A program made the position numbers and the translations under genes. Of a stretch of 64,000 nt of DNA, positions 35,646 through 47,935 are shown one piece after another. The stretch is from contig CM059438.1 in assembly GCA_030390025.1 (NCBI GenBank), forward strand, positions 55,802,001-55,866,000. The letters are read 5' to 3'. A model generated the notes under the pieces. It did not search any database. It had not been told where the DNA came from and was given only the letters and a program-made list of their open reading frames with translations. Every line of letters starts with the position of its first letter. Within the stretch, counting starts at the first letter, position 1. This DNA comes from Squalus acanthias (Eukaryota).

Positions 35646-38600
35646 GAGTGAGTGTGTCGGGGTGAGTGATTCGGGGTGAGTGTGTCGGGGGAGTGTGTCG
35701 GTGGAGTGTGTCAGGGGTGAGTGTGTCAGGGTGAGTGTGTCGGGGGAGTGTGTCGGGGGTGAGTGTGTCAGGGTCATTGTTTCAGAGTGAGTGTGTCGGG
35801 GGTGAGTGTGTCGGGGTGAGTGTGTCGGGGTGAGTGTGTTGGGGTGAGTGTGTCGGGGTGAGTGTGTCGGGGTGAGTGTGTCGGGGTGAGTGTGTCGGGG
35901 TGAGTGTGTCAGGGGGGAGTGTGTCGGGGGGAGTGTGTCGGGGGTGAGTGTATCAGGGTGAGTGTGTCGGGGGGAGTGTGTCGGGGGGAGTGTGTCGGGG
36001 GTGAGTGTGTCGGGGGTGCGTGTATCAGGGTGAGTGTGTCACGGGAGTGTGTCTGGGGGACTGTGTCGGGTCAGTGTGTCGGGGTGATTGTGTCGGGGAT
36101 GAGTGTGTCAGGGTGAGTGTGTCGGGGGTGAGTGTGTCAGGTGGGGGAGTGTGTCGGGGGGAATGTGTCGGGGGTGAGTGTATCAGGGTGAGTGTGTCGG
36201 GGTGAGTGTGTCGGGGGTGAGTGTGTCGGGGGTGAGTATGTCTGGGTGAGTGTGACGGGGTGAGTGTGTCGGGGTGAGTGTGTCGGGAGGAGTGTGTCGG
36301 GGGTAGTGTGTCGGGGGTGAGTGTATCAGGGTGAGTGTGTCTCGGGAGTGTGTCGGGGGGACTGTGTCGGGTCAGTGTGTCGGGGTGAGTGTGTCGGGGT
36401 GAGTGTGTCGGTGTGAGTGTGTTGGGGTGAGTGTGTCAGGTGGGGGGAGTGTGTCGGGGTGAGTGTGTCGGTGGAGTGTGTCAGGGGGCGTGTGTCGGAG
36501 GGAGTGTGTCAGGCTGAGTGTGTCGGGGGGAGTGTGTCGGGGGAGTGTGTCGGGGTGAGTGTGTCGGGGTGAGTGTGTCGGGGGAGTGTGTCGGGGGAGT
36601 GTGTCGGGGGAAGTGTGTCGGGGGGAGTGTGTCGGGGGGAGTGTGTCGGGGGAGTGTGTCGGGGGGAGTGTGTCGGGGGGAGTGTGTCGGGGTGAGTGTG
36701 TCGGGGGGAGTGTGTCGGGGGTGAGTGTGTCAGGGTCATTGTTTCGGAGTGAGTGTGTCGGGGGTGAGTGTGTCGGGGTGAGTGATTCAGGGTGAGTGTG
36801 TCGGGGGAGTGTGTCGGGGGAGTGTGTCGGGGGTGAGTGCGTCAGGGTGAGTGTGTCGGGGGAGTGTGTCGGGGGTGAGTGTGTCAGGGTCATTGTTTCG
36901 GAGTGAGTGTGTCGGGGGTGAGTGTGTCGGGGTGAGTGTGTCGGGGGAGTGTGTCGGGGGAGTGTGTCGGGGGTGAGTGTGTCAGGGTCATTGTTTCGGA
37001 GTGAGTGTGTCAGGGGGGAGTGTGTCGGGGTGAGTGTGTCACGGTGAGTGTGTCGGGGGTGAGTGTGTCTGGGTGAGTGTGTCTGGGTGAGTGTGTCTGG
37101 GTGAGTGTGTCGGGGGAGTGTGTCGGGGGAGTGTGTCGGGGGGAGTGTGTCGGGGGGAGTGTGTCGGGGTGAGTGTGTCTGGGGGAGTCTGTCGGGGAGA
37201 GTGTGTCGGGGGGAGTGTGTCGGGGGGAGTGTGTCGGGGGGAGTGTGTCGGGGGTGAGTGTGTCAGGGTCATTGTTTCGGAGTGATTGTGTCGGGGGTGA
37301 GTGTGTCGGGGTGAGTGTGTCGGGGTGAGTGATGCCGGGGTGAGTGTGTCACGGTGAGTGTGTCGGGGGTGAGTGTGTCGGGGGTGAGTGTGTCGGGGGT
37401 GAGTATGTCTGGGTGAGTGTGTCGGGGTGAGTGTGTCGGGGTGAGTGTGTCGGGGTGAGAGTGTCGGGGGTGAGTGTATCAGGGTGAGTGTGTCGGGGTG
37501 AGTGTGTCGGGGTGAGTGTGTCGGGGTGAGTGTATCAGGTGGGGGGAGTGTGTCGGGGGGAGTGTGTCGGGGGAGTGTGTCGGGGTGAGTGTGTCGGGGT
37601 GAGTGTGTCGGGGTGAGTGTGTCGGGGGAGTGTGTCGGGGGGAGTGTGTCGGGGGGAGTGTGTCGGGGTGAGTGTGTCGGGGGGAGTGTGTCGAGGGGAG
37701 TGTGTCAGGTGTGAGTGTGTCGGGGGGAGTGTGTCGGGGGTGAGTGTGTCGGGGGTGAGTGTGTCAGGGTCATTGTTTCGGAGTGAGTGTGTCGGGGTGA
37801 GTGATTCGGGGTGAGTGTGTCGGGGGAGTGTGTCGGTGGAGTGTGTCAGGGGTGAGTGTGTCAGGGTGAGTGTGTCGGGGGAGTGTGTCGGGGGTGAGTG
37901 TGTCAGGGTCATTGTTTCGGAGTGAGTGTGTCGGGGGTGAGTGTGTCAGGGTCATTGTTTCAGAGTGAGTGTGTCGGGGGTGAGTGTGTCGGGGTGAGTG
38001 TGTCGGGGTGAGTGTGTTGGGGTGAGTGTGTCGGGTGAGTGTGTCGGGGTGAGTGTGTCGGGGTGAGTGTGTCGGGGTGAGTGTGTCAGGGGGGAGTGTG
38101 TCGGGGGAGTGTGTCGGGGGTGAGTGTATCAGGGTGAGTGTGTCACGGGAGTGTGTCGGGGGGAGTGTGTCGGGGGTGAGTGTGTCGGGGGTGAGTGTAT
38201 CAGGGTGAGTGTGTCACGGGAGTGTGTCTGGGGGACTGTGTCGGGTCAGTGTGTCGGGGTGATTGTGTCGGGGGTGAGTGTGTCAGGGTGAGTGTGTCAG
38301 GGGTGAGTGTGTCAGGTGGGGGAGTGTGTCGGGGGGAATGTGTCGGGGGTGAGTGTATCAGGGTGAGTGTGTCGGGGTGAGTGTGTCGGGGTGATTGTGT
38401 CGGGGGTGAGTGTGTCAGGATGAGTGATGCCGGGGTGAGTGTGTCACGGTGAGTGTGTCGGGGTGAGTGTGTCAGGGGTGAGTGTGTCGGGGGTGAGTAT
38501 GTCTGGGTGAGTGTGTCGGGGTGAGTGTGTCGGGGTGAGTGTGTCGGGGGTGAGTGTATCAGGGTGAGTGTGTCGGGGTGAGTGTGTCGGGGTGAGTGTG

Positions 38601-40163
38601 TCGGGGGTGAGTGTATCAGGTGGGGGGAGTGTTTCGGGGGGAGTGTGTCGGGGGAGTGTGTCGGGGTGAGTTTGTCGGGTGAGTGTGTCGGGGTGAGTGT
38701 GTCGGGGGAGTGTGTCGGGGGAGTGTGTCGGGGTGAGTGTGTCGGGGGGAGTGTGTCGAGGGGAGTGTGTCAGGTGTGAGTGTGTCGGGGGGAGTGTGTC
38801 GGGGGGAGTGTGTCGGGGGTGAGTGTGTCAGGGTCATTGTTTCGGAGTGAGTGTGTCGGGGTGAGTGTGTCGGGGTGAGTGATTCGGGGTGAGTTTGTCG
38901 GGGGAGTGTGTCGGTGGAGTGTGTCAGGGGTGAGTGTGTCAGGGTGAGTGTGTCGGGGGAGTGTGTCGGGGGTGAGTGTGTCAGGTCATTGTTTCGGAGT
39001 GAGTGTGTCGGGGGTGAGTGTGTCAGGGTCATTGTTTCAGGGTGAGTGTGTCGGGGTGAGTGTGTCGGGGTGAGTGTGTTGGGGTGAGTGTGTCACGGTG
39101 AGTGTGTCGGGGGTGAGTGTGTCGGGGGTGAGTGTGTCTGGGTGAGTGTGTCTGGGTGAGTGTGTCGGGGTGAGTGTGTCGGGGTGAGTGTGTCGGGGTG
39201 AGTGTGTCTGGGTGAGTGTGTCGGGGGTGAGTGTGTCGGGGGTGAGTGTGTCGGGGTGAGTGTGTCAGGGGGGAGTGTGTCGGGGGGAGTGTGTCGAGGG
39301 TGAGTGTATCAGGGTGAGTGTGTCACGGGAGTGTGTCGGGGGGAGTGTGTCGGGGGTGAGTGTGTCGGGGGGTGAGTGTGTCGGGGTGAGTGTGTCGGGG
39401 TGAGTGTGTCTGGGGTGAGTGTGTCGGGGGTGAGTGTGTCTGGGGTGAGTGTGTCGGGGGTGAGTGTGTCGGGGTGAGTGTGTCGGGGTGAGTGTGTCGG
39501 GGGGGAGTGTGTCGGGGTGAGTGTGTCGGGTGAGTGTGTCGGGGTGAGTGTGTCGGAGTGAGTGTCAGGGTCTGTGTCGGGTGAGTGTGTCGGGGTGAGT
39601 GTGTCGGGGTGAGTGTGTCGGGGTGAGTGTGTCGGGTGAGTGTGTCGGGGGTGAGTGTGTCGGGGGGTGAGTGTGTCGGGGTGAGTGTGTCTGGGTGAGT
39701 GTGTCGGGGGTGAGTGTGTCGGGGGTGAGTGTGTCGGGGTGAGTGTGTCGGGGTGAGTGTGTCGGGGTGAGTGTGTCGGGGTGAGTGTGTCGGGGTGAGT
39801 GTGTCGGGGGAGTGTGTCGGGGGGAGTGTGTCGGGGGTGAGTGTGTCGGGGGGAGTGTGTCAGGGGTGAGTGTGTCGGGGGGAGTGTGTCGGGGGTGAGT
39901 GTGTCGGGGGTGAGTGTATCAGGGTGAGTGTGTCACGGGAGTGTGTCTGGGGGACTGTGTCGGGTCAGTGTGTCGGGGTGATTGTGTCGGGGGTGAGTGT
40001 GTCAGGGTGAGTGTGTCGGGGGTGAGTGTGTCAGGTGGGGGAGTGTGTCGGGGGGAATGTGTCGGAGGGACTGTGTCGGGTCAGTGTGTCGGGGTGATTG
40101 TGTCGGGTCAGTGTGTCGGGTCAGTGTGTCGGGGTGAGTGTGTCGGTGTGAGTGTGTCGGGTT
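35646..40163 (+). repeat. G-rich satellite (GAGTGTGTCGGGGT)n, ~14-15-bp unit
   Basis: Tandem array with a recurring variant unit CAGGGTCATTGTTTCGGAGT. Confidence 0.95.
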
Positions 40164-40259
40164 GATAGCACACACGATTATTCACACCATCCGGACATGT
40201 GTTTCAAATGAGAATAAAAGCTTTTGAACCGCTTTCTCTTGATAACACTGAACCTATCA

Positions 40260-43200
40260 GGAGCAATCTAGAATAAAATATTTAACTGGACGGCTAATTT
40301 CAGTGAACTGAGGGGGGATCTGGCCCGGGTAAACTGGAGTCAAAGACTGGCAGGCAGAAATATAATGGAGCAATGGGCGGCCTTTAAAGAAGAGATGGTT
40401 TGGGTAGTCTCGGTACATTCCCACAAGGGGGAACAGAGGGCAACCAAAGGCAGAGCTCCCTGGATGACAAAGGAGTGAGTGAGTGAGATGAGGCAGAAAA
40501 AGGGCCATATGACAGATGGCAGCTTGATAATACAAGGGAGAATCAGGCTGAATATATAAAGTACAGAGGAGAAATGAAAAAGGAAATAAGAGGGGCAAAG
40601 AGACAGTAAAAGAAAAATTGGCGGATAACATAAAAGGGAATCCAAGGGTTTTCTATCAGCATATTAACAGTAAAAGGGTTGTCGGTGGGGCTGATTAGGG
40701 ACCAAAATGGAGATCTATTGGTGGAGGCAGAAGGCATGGCTCAGGTACTAAATGAGTACTTTGCATCAGTGTTTACCAAGGAAGAGGACTTTGCCGAAGC
40801 TACGGTAAACGAGGAGGTTGCTGGGATACTGGATGAGATAAAAATGAAAAGGAGGTATTAGAAAGACTGCCGGTAATTAAATAAGTCACCAGGACCAGAT
40901 GGGATGCATCCTAGGACGCCAAGGGAAGTAAAGGTGGAATTTGTGGAGGTACTGGCCATAATCTTCCAATCATCCTCAGATACTGGGCTGGTGCCAGAGG
41001 ACTGGAGGATTGCAATTGTTGCACCCTTGTTCAAAGAAGGGTGTAAAGATAAACCCAGCAACTACAGGCCAGTCAGTTTAACCTCGGTGGTGGGGAAGCT
41101 TTTAGAAACGATAATCCGGGACAAAATTAACAGTCACTTGGACAAGCATGGACTAATAAAGGAAAACCAGCACGGATTTGTTAAAGCCAAATCATGTTTG
41201 ACTAACTTGATCGAGTGTTCTGATGAGGTACAGGGCACAATTTCAAAATTTGCAGATGACACAAAACTTGGAAATATAGTGAACAGTGAGGATAGTGATA
41301 GACTTCAAGAGGACCTGGACAGGCGGACACGTGGCGGATGAAATTTAAAGCAGAGAAGTGTGATGTGATGCATTTTTAGGAAGAATGAGGAAAGAACGTG
41401 CACACTAAATGGTACAATTTTAAAGGGGGTGCAAGAACAGAGAGGCCTGGGGGTGTTTGTGCACAAATCTTTGAAGGTGGCAGGACAGGTTAACAAAGTA
41501 GTTAATAAAGCATATGGGAACCTGGGCTTCATAAATAGAGGCCTAGAGTACAAAAGCCAGGAAGTTATGCTAAACCGATATCACAACAACAAAAGCAACT
41601 TGTATTTATATAGCGCCTTTAACATAATAAAACATCCCAAGGCACTTCACAGGTGTGTTATAAGACAACAAATTTGACACTGAGCCACATAAGGATAAAT
41701 TAGGGCAGGTGACCAAAAGCTTGGTCAAAGAGGTAGGTTTTAAGGAGCGTCTTAAAGACGGAGAGAGAGGCGGAGAGGTTTAGGTAGGGAATTCCAGAGC
41801 TTAGGGCCCAGGCAGCTGAAGGCACTGCCACTGGTGGAGCGATTATAATCGGGGATGCTCAAGAGGGCAGAATTAGAGGAGCGCAGATATCTCGGGGGAT
41901 TGTGGGGCTGAAGGAGATTAGAGAGATAGGGAGGGGCGAGGCCATGGAGGGATTTGAAAACAAGGATGAGAATTTTGAAATCGAGGCGCTGCTTAACCAG
42001 GCGCCAATGTAAGTCAGCGAGCACAGGAGAGATGGGCGAACGGGACTTGGTGCGAGTTAGGACACGGGCAGCCGAGTTTTGGATGACCTCAAGTTTACGT
42101 AGGGTGGAATGTGGGAGGCCAGCCAGGAGTGTGTTGGAATAGTCAAGTCTAGAGGTAACAAAGGCATGGATGATGTTTCAGCAGCGGATGAGCTGAGGCA
42201 AGGGCGGAGAGGGGCAATGTTACGGAGGTGGAAGTAGGCGGTCTTAGTTATGCTGCGGATATGTGGTCGGAAGCTCATTTCAGGGTCAAATATGACACCA
42301 AGGTTGTGAGCAGTGTGGTTCAGCCTCAGACAGATATTAGGGAGAGGGTTGGAGTCAGTGGCTAGGGAACGGAGTTTGTGGCGGGGACCGAAAACAATGG
42401 CTTCTATTTTCCCAATATTTAATTGGAGAAAATTTTTGCTCATTCAGAACTGTATGTCGGACAAGCAGTCTGACAATTTAGAGACCGTGGAGGGGTCACG
42501 AGAAGTGGTGGTGATGTCGAGCTGGGTGTCGTCAGCGTACATGTGGAAACTGACGCTGTGTTTTCAGGTGATGTCGCCAAGGGGCAACATGTAGATGAGA
42601 AATAGGAGGGGGCCAAGGATAGATCCTCGGGGGACACCAGAGGTAACGATGCGGGAGCAGGAAGAGAAGCTGTCGCAGGTGATTCTCTGGCTACGATTAG
42701 ATAGATAAGAATGGAACCAGGCGAGTGCAGTCCCACCCAGCTGGACGACGGTGGAGAGGCATTGGAGAAGGATGGAGTGGTCAACCGTGTCAAAGGCTGC
42801 AGACAAGTCAAGAAGGACGAGGAGGGATAGTTCATCTTTGTCATAGTCACAAAGGATGTCATTTGTGACTTTGATAAGAGCCGTTTCGGTACTGTGGCAA
42901 GGGCGGAAACCTGATTGGAGGGATATAAAACACTAGTTCGGCCCCAGCTGGAGTATTGTGTCCAATTCTGGGCACCGCACTTTAGGAAGGACGTGAAGGC
43001 TTTGGAGAGATTACAGAAGAGATTTACTCGAAAGGTTCCAGGGATGAGGGATTACAGTTACGTGGATAGACTGGAGAAGCTGGCATTGTTCTCCTTAGAG
43101 CAGAGAAAGCTAAGAGGAGATTTGATGGAGGTGTTTAAAATCATGAAGAGCTTAGATAGAGTAAATAAAGAAAAACTGTTTCCAATGGCTGAAGGGTCGA

Positions 43201-43500
43201 TAACCAGAGGGCACAGATTTAAGGTGATTGGCAAAAGAAGCAGAGGCGACACAAGGAAAAACATTTTACACAATGAGTGGTCAGGATTTGGAATGCATTG
43301 CCTGATAGGGTGGTGGATACAGATTTAATACTAGCTTTCAAAAAGGGAATTGGATAAATACTTGAAGGAGAAAACAAATTACAGGGATATGGGGAAAGAG
43401 TGGGATAGTAGGACAAACTAGATTGCTCTTCGAAAGAGCCGCCGCAGACTCGATAGGCTGAATGGCCTCCTTCTGTGCTGTATTATTCTATGATTCTATG
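40260..43500 (+). mobile_element. CR1 LINE, decayed and internally deleted, interrupted by L2
   Basis: LNEYFASVFTKE, NYRPVSLTS, KFADDTKL, LVRPQLEYC fragments; deletion near 41230; TTCTATGATTCTATG tail at ~43485-43500. Confidence 0.85.
41582..42921 (-). mobile_element. L2-clade LINE 3' fragment
   Basis: SAAFDTVDHSILL, GVPRGSILGPLLF, NFLQLNIGK, LHWRLVKQRLDFKIL, AFSCLGPKLWNSLP; (AAC)n-type tail; GATAT at 41577-41581 and 42922-42926 as candidate TSD. Confidence 0.85.
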
Positions 43501-43651
43501 ATACAGGCCTTTCGTTCTGGTGTAAGTGCCGGAAGCTGCCTGCCAGTGACCTCCAGTGCTGACCACATCAAGGCTGGTGGGGTCACAGGAAGGTCATCCA
43601 TATCCTGCTATCTTGTCGAGTCTCTTCAGCTAACGCTGAAAGCTCTGAGAA

Positions 43652-43742
43652 AGATAGAGGATCAGCCAGGATCATATTGAATGGCGGAGCAGGCTCGAAG
43701 GGCCGAATGGCCGACTCCTGCTCCTATTTTTCTATGTTTCTA
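43652..43742 (+). mobile_element. Isolated CR1/SINE 3' tail fragment
   Basis: GGATCAGCCA..GATCATATTGAATGGCGGAGCAGGCTCGAAGGGCCGAATGG...TTTCTATGTTTCTA, same as 61785-61889. Confidence 0.8.
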
Positions 43743-44227
43743 AACCCATGAGCTCAAGTGTCAGACTTCAGGGGGAGACACAGGGGGACAAGTAACGGGC
43801 AGAGCGATGGCTCCAGGGGCCAGTCGACAGCCTGAGCCAAGCAGAAAATACCTGGGCAAGGCAGATGGATCAGAACCACAGAGGGTTCACTTTTAAATCA
43901 TCTATTTCATCACTTAGACCAGAAGCTGGAACATGCAATTCTCTGATGAAGGAGACGAACTCTGCCAGTGCATTGGGACTCAACAGGAAAAGTGACTGGG
44001 ACCATTCTCGCTGACTCTTCAGGGAAATCCGGTAAAGAAAGTCTCATCTCTCCGCTGCCATCAATGTACCAATTGTTTTAAGGACAGGAGGAGCCAATAT
44101 GGCCAAGTCCACACCTGCCCACCTTCTCTTTCCAAAAAGGCATCGATTTGTCCTTTCACCCCACTTACACTGTCCCCTTCAATGGCCACGCCCATAACCT
44201 ATTCCACAGCTTGATTACTCTTTGTAC

Positions 44228-45468
44228 ACCGGGGAACCGGGGGACCGGGGGGACCGGGGGGAACTGGGGGGACCGGGGGGACCGGGGGACCGGGGGTAAC
44301 TGGGGGGACCGGGGAACCGGGGGTAACTGGAGGGACCGGGGAACCGGGGGGAACCGGGGGGACCGGGGGGAACCGGGGAACACCGGGGGACCGGGGGGAC
44401 CGGGGAACCGGGGGGAACCGGGGGGACCGGGGAACCGGGGGGACCGGGGAACACCGGGGGACCGGGGGGACCGGGGAACCGGGGGGAACCGGGGGGACCG
44501 GGGAACCGGGGGAACCGGGGGGACCGGGGGAACCGGGGGGAACCGGGGGGACCGGGGAACCGGGGGGGACCGGGGGACCGGGGGGACGGGGGGACCGGGG
44601 AACCGGGGGGACCGGGGGGAACCGGGGAACCGGGGGGGACGGGGGGACCGGGGAACCGGGGGGACCGGGGGGACTGGGGGGACCGGGGGGACCGGGGAAC
44701 CGGGGGGACCGGGGAAACCGGGGGGACCGGGGAACCGGGGGGACCGGGGGGAACTGGGGGGACCGGGTAACCGGGGGGACGGGGGGAACCGGGGGGACCG
44801 GGGAACCGGGGGGACCGGGGAACCGGGGGGACCGGGGAACCGGGGGGACCGGGGGGAACCGGGGGGACCGGGGAACCGGGGGGGACCGGGGAACCGGGGG
44901 GACCGGGGAACCGGGGGGGACCGGGGGGAACCGGGGGGACCGGGGAACCGGGGGGACCGGGGGGACGGGGGGACCGGGGAACCGGGGGGAAACCGGGGGG
45001 AACCGGGGGGACCGGGGAACCGGGGGACCGGGGGGAACCGGGGGGGAACCGGGGGGACCGGGGGGAACCGGGGGGACCGGGGGGACGGGGGGACCGGGGG
45101 GAACCGGGGGGACGGGGGGGAACCGGGGGGACGGGGGGAACCGGGGGACCAGGGGTAACTGGGGGGACGGGGGGAACCGGGGGGACCGGGGGGAACCGGG
45201 GGACCGGGGGGACGGGGGGAACCGGGGGGGACCGGGGGGAACCGGGGGGAACCGGGGGGACGGGGGGAACCCGGGGGGACCGGGGGGAACCGGGGGGACG
45301 GGGGGAAACCGGGGGGACCAGGGGTAACTGGTGGGACCGGGGAACCGGGGGGACGGGGGGGACGGGGGGAACTGGGGGGAACTGGGGGACCGGGGGGAAC
45401 TGGGGGGGACCGGGGGGACCGGGGGACGGGGGGGACCGGGGGGAACTGGGGGGACCGGGGGGGGACCA
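44228..45468 (+). repeat. G-rich micro/minisatellite (ACCGGGGGG/AACCGGGG)n
   Basis: 8-11-bp degenerate unit tandem array. Confidence 0.95.
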
Positions 45469-46503
45469 GGTTTCACGGGCACTGAGTGCCCTCCAATTCC
45501 TCACCCAAGCGGCCACATTTCATGTCAGAGCCGGGACACTGAGGCCCAGAACTCCCTCGGGCCTGCTCCTGCTCACTGCTGTAACTGCGCTGGAAGTGAG
45601 GGGCAAATCCCATTTACTTGTGGAATCAGGGTTTCTGCCGCACTCTCGGCAAAGTTATGGGGCTGAACGGAAACAGCACTGAAGAATTTCTCAGGGAGTT
45701 AGCAGGGTATGTGAGCATGGGGGTATCACAGCTGAGGCTAATGCTGGTCTCATTTGATGTCCAGCAGGAGCCCTTGTACAGTGACTAGATGAGAAAGTCT
45801 TGGTTTGTCACTAGCCCAGGTGCACTTGGGATCAGTTGCAGCTGAAAGTGACTAATTCCATTGTGTTGAAAATGCAAAGCTGGCACGCTGACTGTTGAGG
45901 TGTCTGGACTTGGCTGCACAGTGCTGAGCTATTGTCCTACCAGCATTGCGAGTGGCTTTAACACATTTGCTAGAACGGATTCTTGAATATTTAGCACTCA
46001 GAAAAAATTAAACAGCAATCGAGCGATCGAGCGAGCGACGCCGATAGCCCAGTGGGAAAGACAGTGCTTGGTGTAGCACTGAGTCACACAGGGTCCCAGG
46101 TGCCACTCCCAATCTGCCTCGGTTTAGCCTGTCCCTTGCCCACACAGTAAGTGGGGGCCCTATAGTGGGCCTCTGCACCCTTGCATTCGGACGATCAGCC
46201 AAGAGTTCCTGTGCAGGACGGCCTCTGTGACATCAGCTGGAAAGTGCAGGTGTGCAGGTGCCGGGTTAGGATGGGATCGGAGAGTGGTGTGCACAGAGTG
46301 TCTTAAACGGAGTGCACTTCAACAGAGTGTTGAAACTTGGGAACTTGGAGAGAGTAGGAATTCGGAGCAGAGGAGAAAGGAGCTACTGCTTTTTGCCTCC
46401 AAAACTTGTAGTGCTTTGTGTTACAGGTAAATATTTAATTTCATCTACCTACAACTTAAACTAGATCTAGTAATTAGTTAAAAACGAAACTGTAAGCTAA
46501 GTT

Positions 46504-47935
46504 CTTCATGATCTTCACCGCGCGTCAATTACAAGAGAAATGCAGAGAGCAGCACCAACCGCTGTACATGGCCTTCTTTGACCTCACAAAGCCCTTCGAC
46601 ACTGTCAACCATGAGGGATCATGGAGTGTCCTCCGCAAATTCGGCTGCCCTCAAAAGTTTGTCACCATCCTCCGCCTGCTTCACGACGACATGCAAGCCG
46701 TGATCCTGACCAACGATTCCACCACAGACCCAATTCACGTACAGACCGGGGTCAAGCAAGGCTGTGTCATCGCACCAACGCTCTTCTCGATCTTCCTTGC
46801 TGCAATGCTCCATCTCACCCTCAGTAAGCTCCCCGCTGGAATGGAGCTAATTTACAGAACAAACAGGAAACTGTTCAACCTCCGTCGCCTCCAGTCCAGA
46901 TCCAAGGTCGTCCCATCCTCTGTCGTCAAATTACAGTATGCAGACGACGCTTGTGTCTGCGCTCACTCGGAGGTCGAACTCCAAACCACCATCAACACCT
47001 TCACCGAAGCGTACAAGAGCATGGGCCTTACACTAAACATCCGTAAGACAAAGGTCCTCTACCAACCTGCCCCCGCCACACAGTACTGCCCAATTATCAA
47101 AATCCACGACGAGGCCTTGGACAACGTGGACCACTTTCCATACCTCGGGAGCCTACTGTCAACAAGGGCAGATGTCGATGACGATGTCCAACACCACCTT
47201 CAGTGTGCCAGTGCAGCCTTCGGTTGCCTGAGGAAGAGAGTGTTTGAAGACCAGGACCTCAAACCCAGCAGTAAGCTCATGGTCTACAGAGCAGTAGTGA
47301 TACCCGCCCTCCTGTATGCTTCAGAGACATGGACCATGTACAGCAGGCACCTCAAAGCACTGGAGAGGTACCACCAACGCTGCCTCCGCAAGATCCTGCA
47401 AATCCATTGGCAGGATAGGCGCACCAACGTCAGTGTTCTCGCTCAGGCCAACATCCCCAGCATCGAAGCTTTGACCACATTCGATCAACTCCGATGGACA
47501 GGTCACATCGTCCGCATGCCCAATACGAGACTCCCAAAACAAGCGCTCTACTCGGAGCTCCGGCACGGCAAGAGAGCCCCAGGTGGGCAGAGGAAACGCT
47601 TCAAGGACACCCTCAAAGCCTCCTTGAAAAAGTGCAACATTCCCACTGACACCTGGGAATCCCTGGCCCAAGACCGCACAAAGTGGAGGAGAAGCATCCG
47701 GGAAGGCGCCGAACACCTCGAGTCTCTTCGCTGGGAGCAAGCGGAAGCCAAACGCAAGCAGCGGAAGGAGCGCACGTCAACCCAAGCACCCCACCCACCC
47801 GCCCCTTCAACCACCGTCTGCCCCAACCTGTGACAGAGACTGTAGGTCCCGCATTGGACTCATCAGTCACCTGAGAACTCATTTTTAATGTAGAAGCAAG
47901 TCATCCTCGTTCCCGAGGGACTGCCTAAGAAGAAG
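46504..47935 (+). mobile_element. RTE-clade LINE, 5'-truncated
   Basis: 441-aa ORF 46508-47833 with RQLQEKCREQ, GVKQGCVIAPTLF, LQYADD, QLRWTGHIVRM; C2H2 end (CDRDCRSRIGLISHLRTH) shifted by 1 nt; (AAG)n tail; 75-bp flanking direct repeat. Confidence 0.93.

Noticed and set aside
44148..45516. Collagen-like Gly-X-Y and Pro-rich ORFs
   Set aside because: Translation of a G-run satellite; open in several frames on both strands because the unit lacks stops
43745..46290. Unique-looking stretches as host exons
   Set aside because: Short frames interrupted by stops, with no recognisable domain or consistent splice pair
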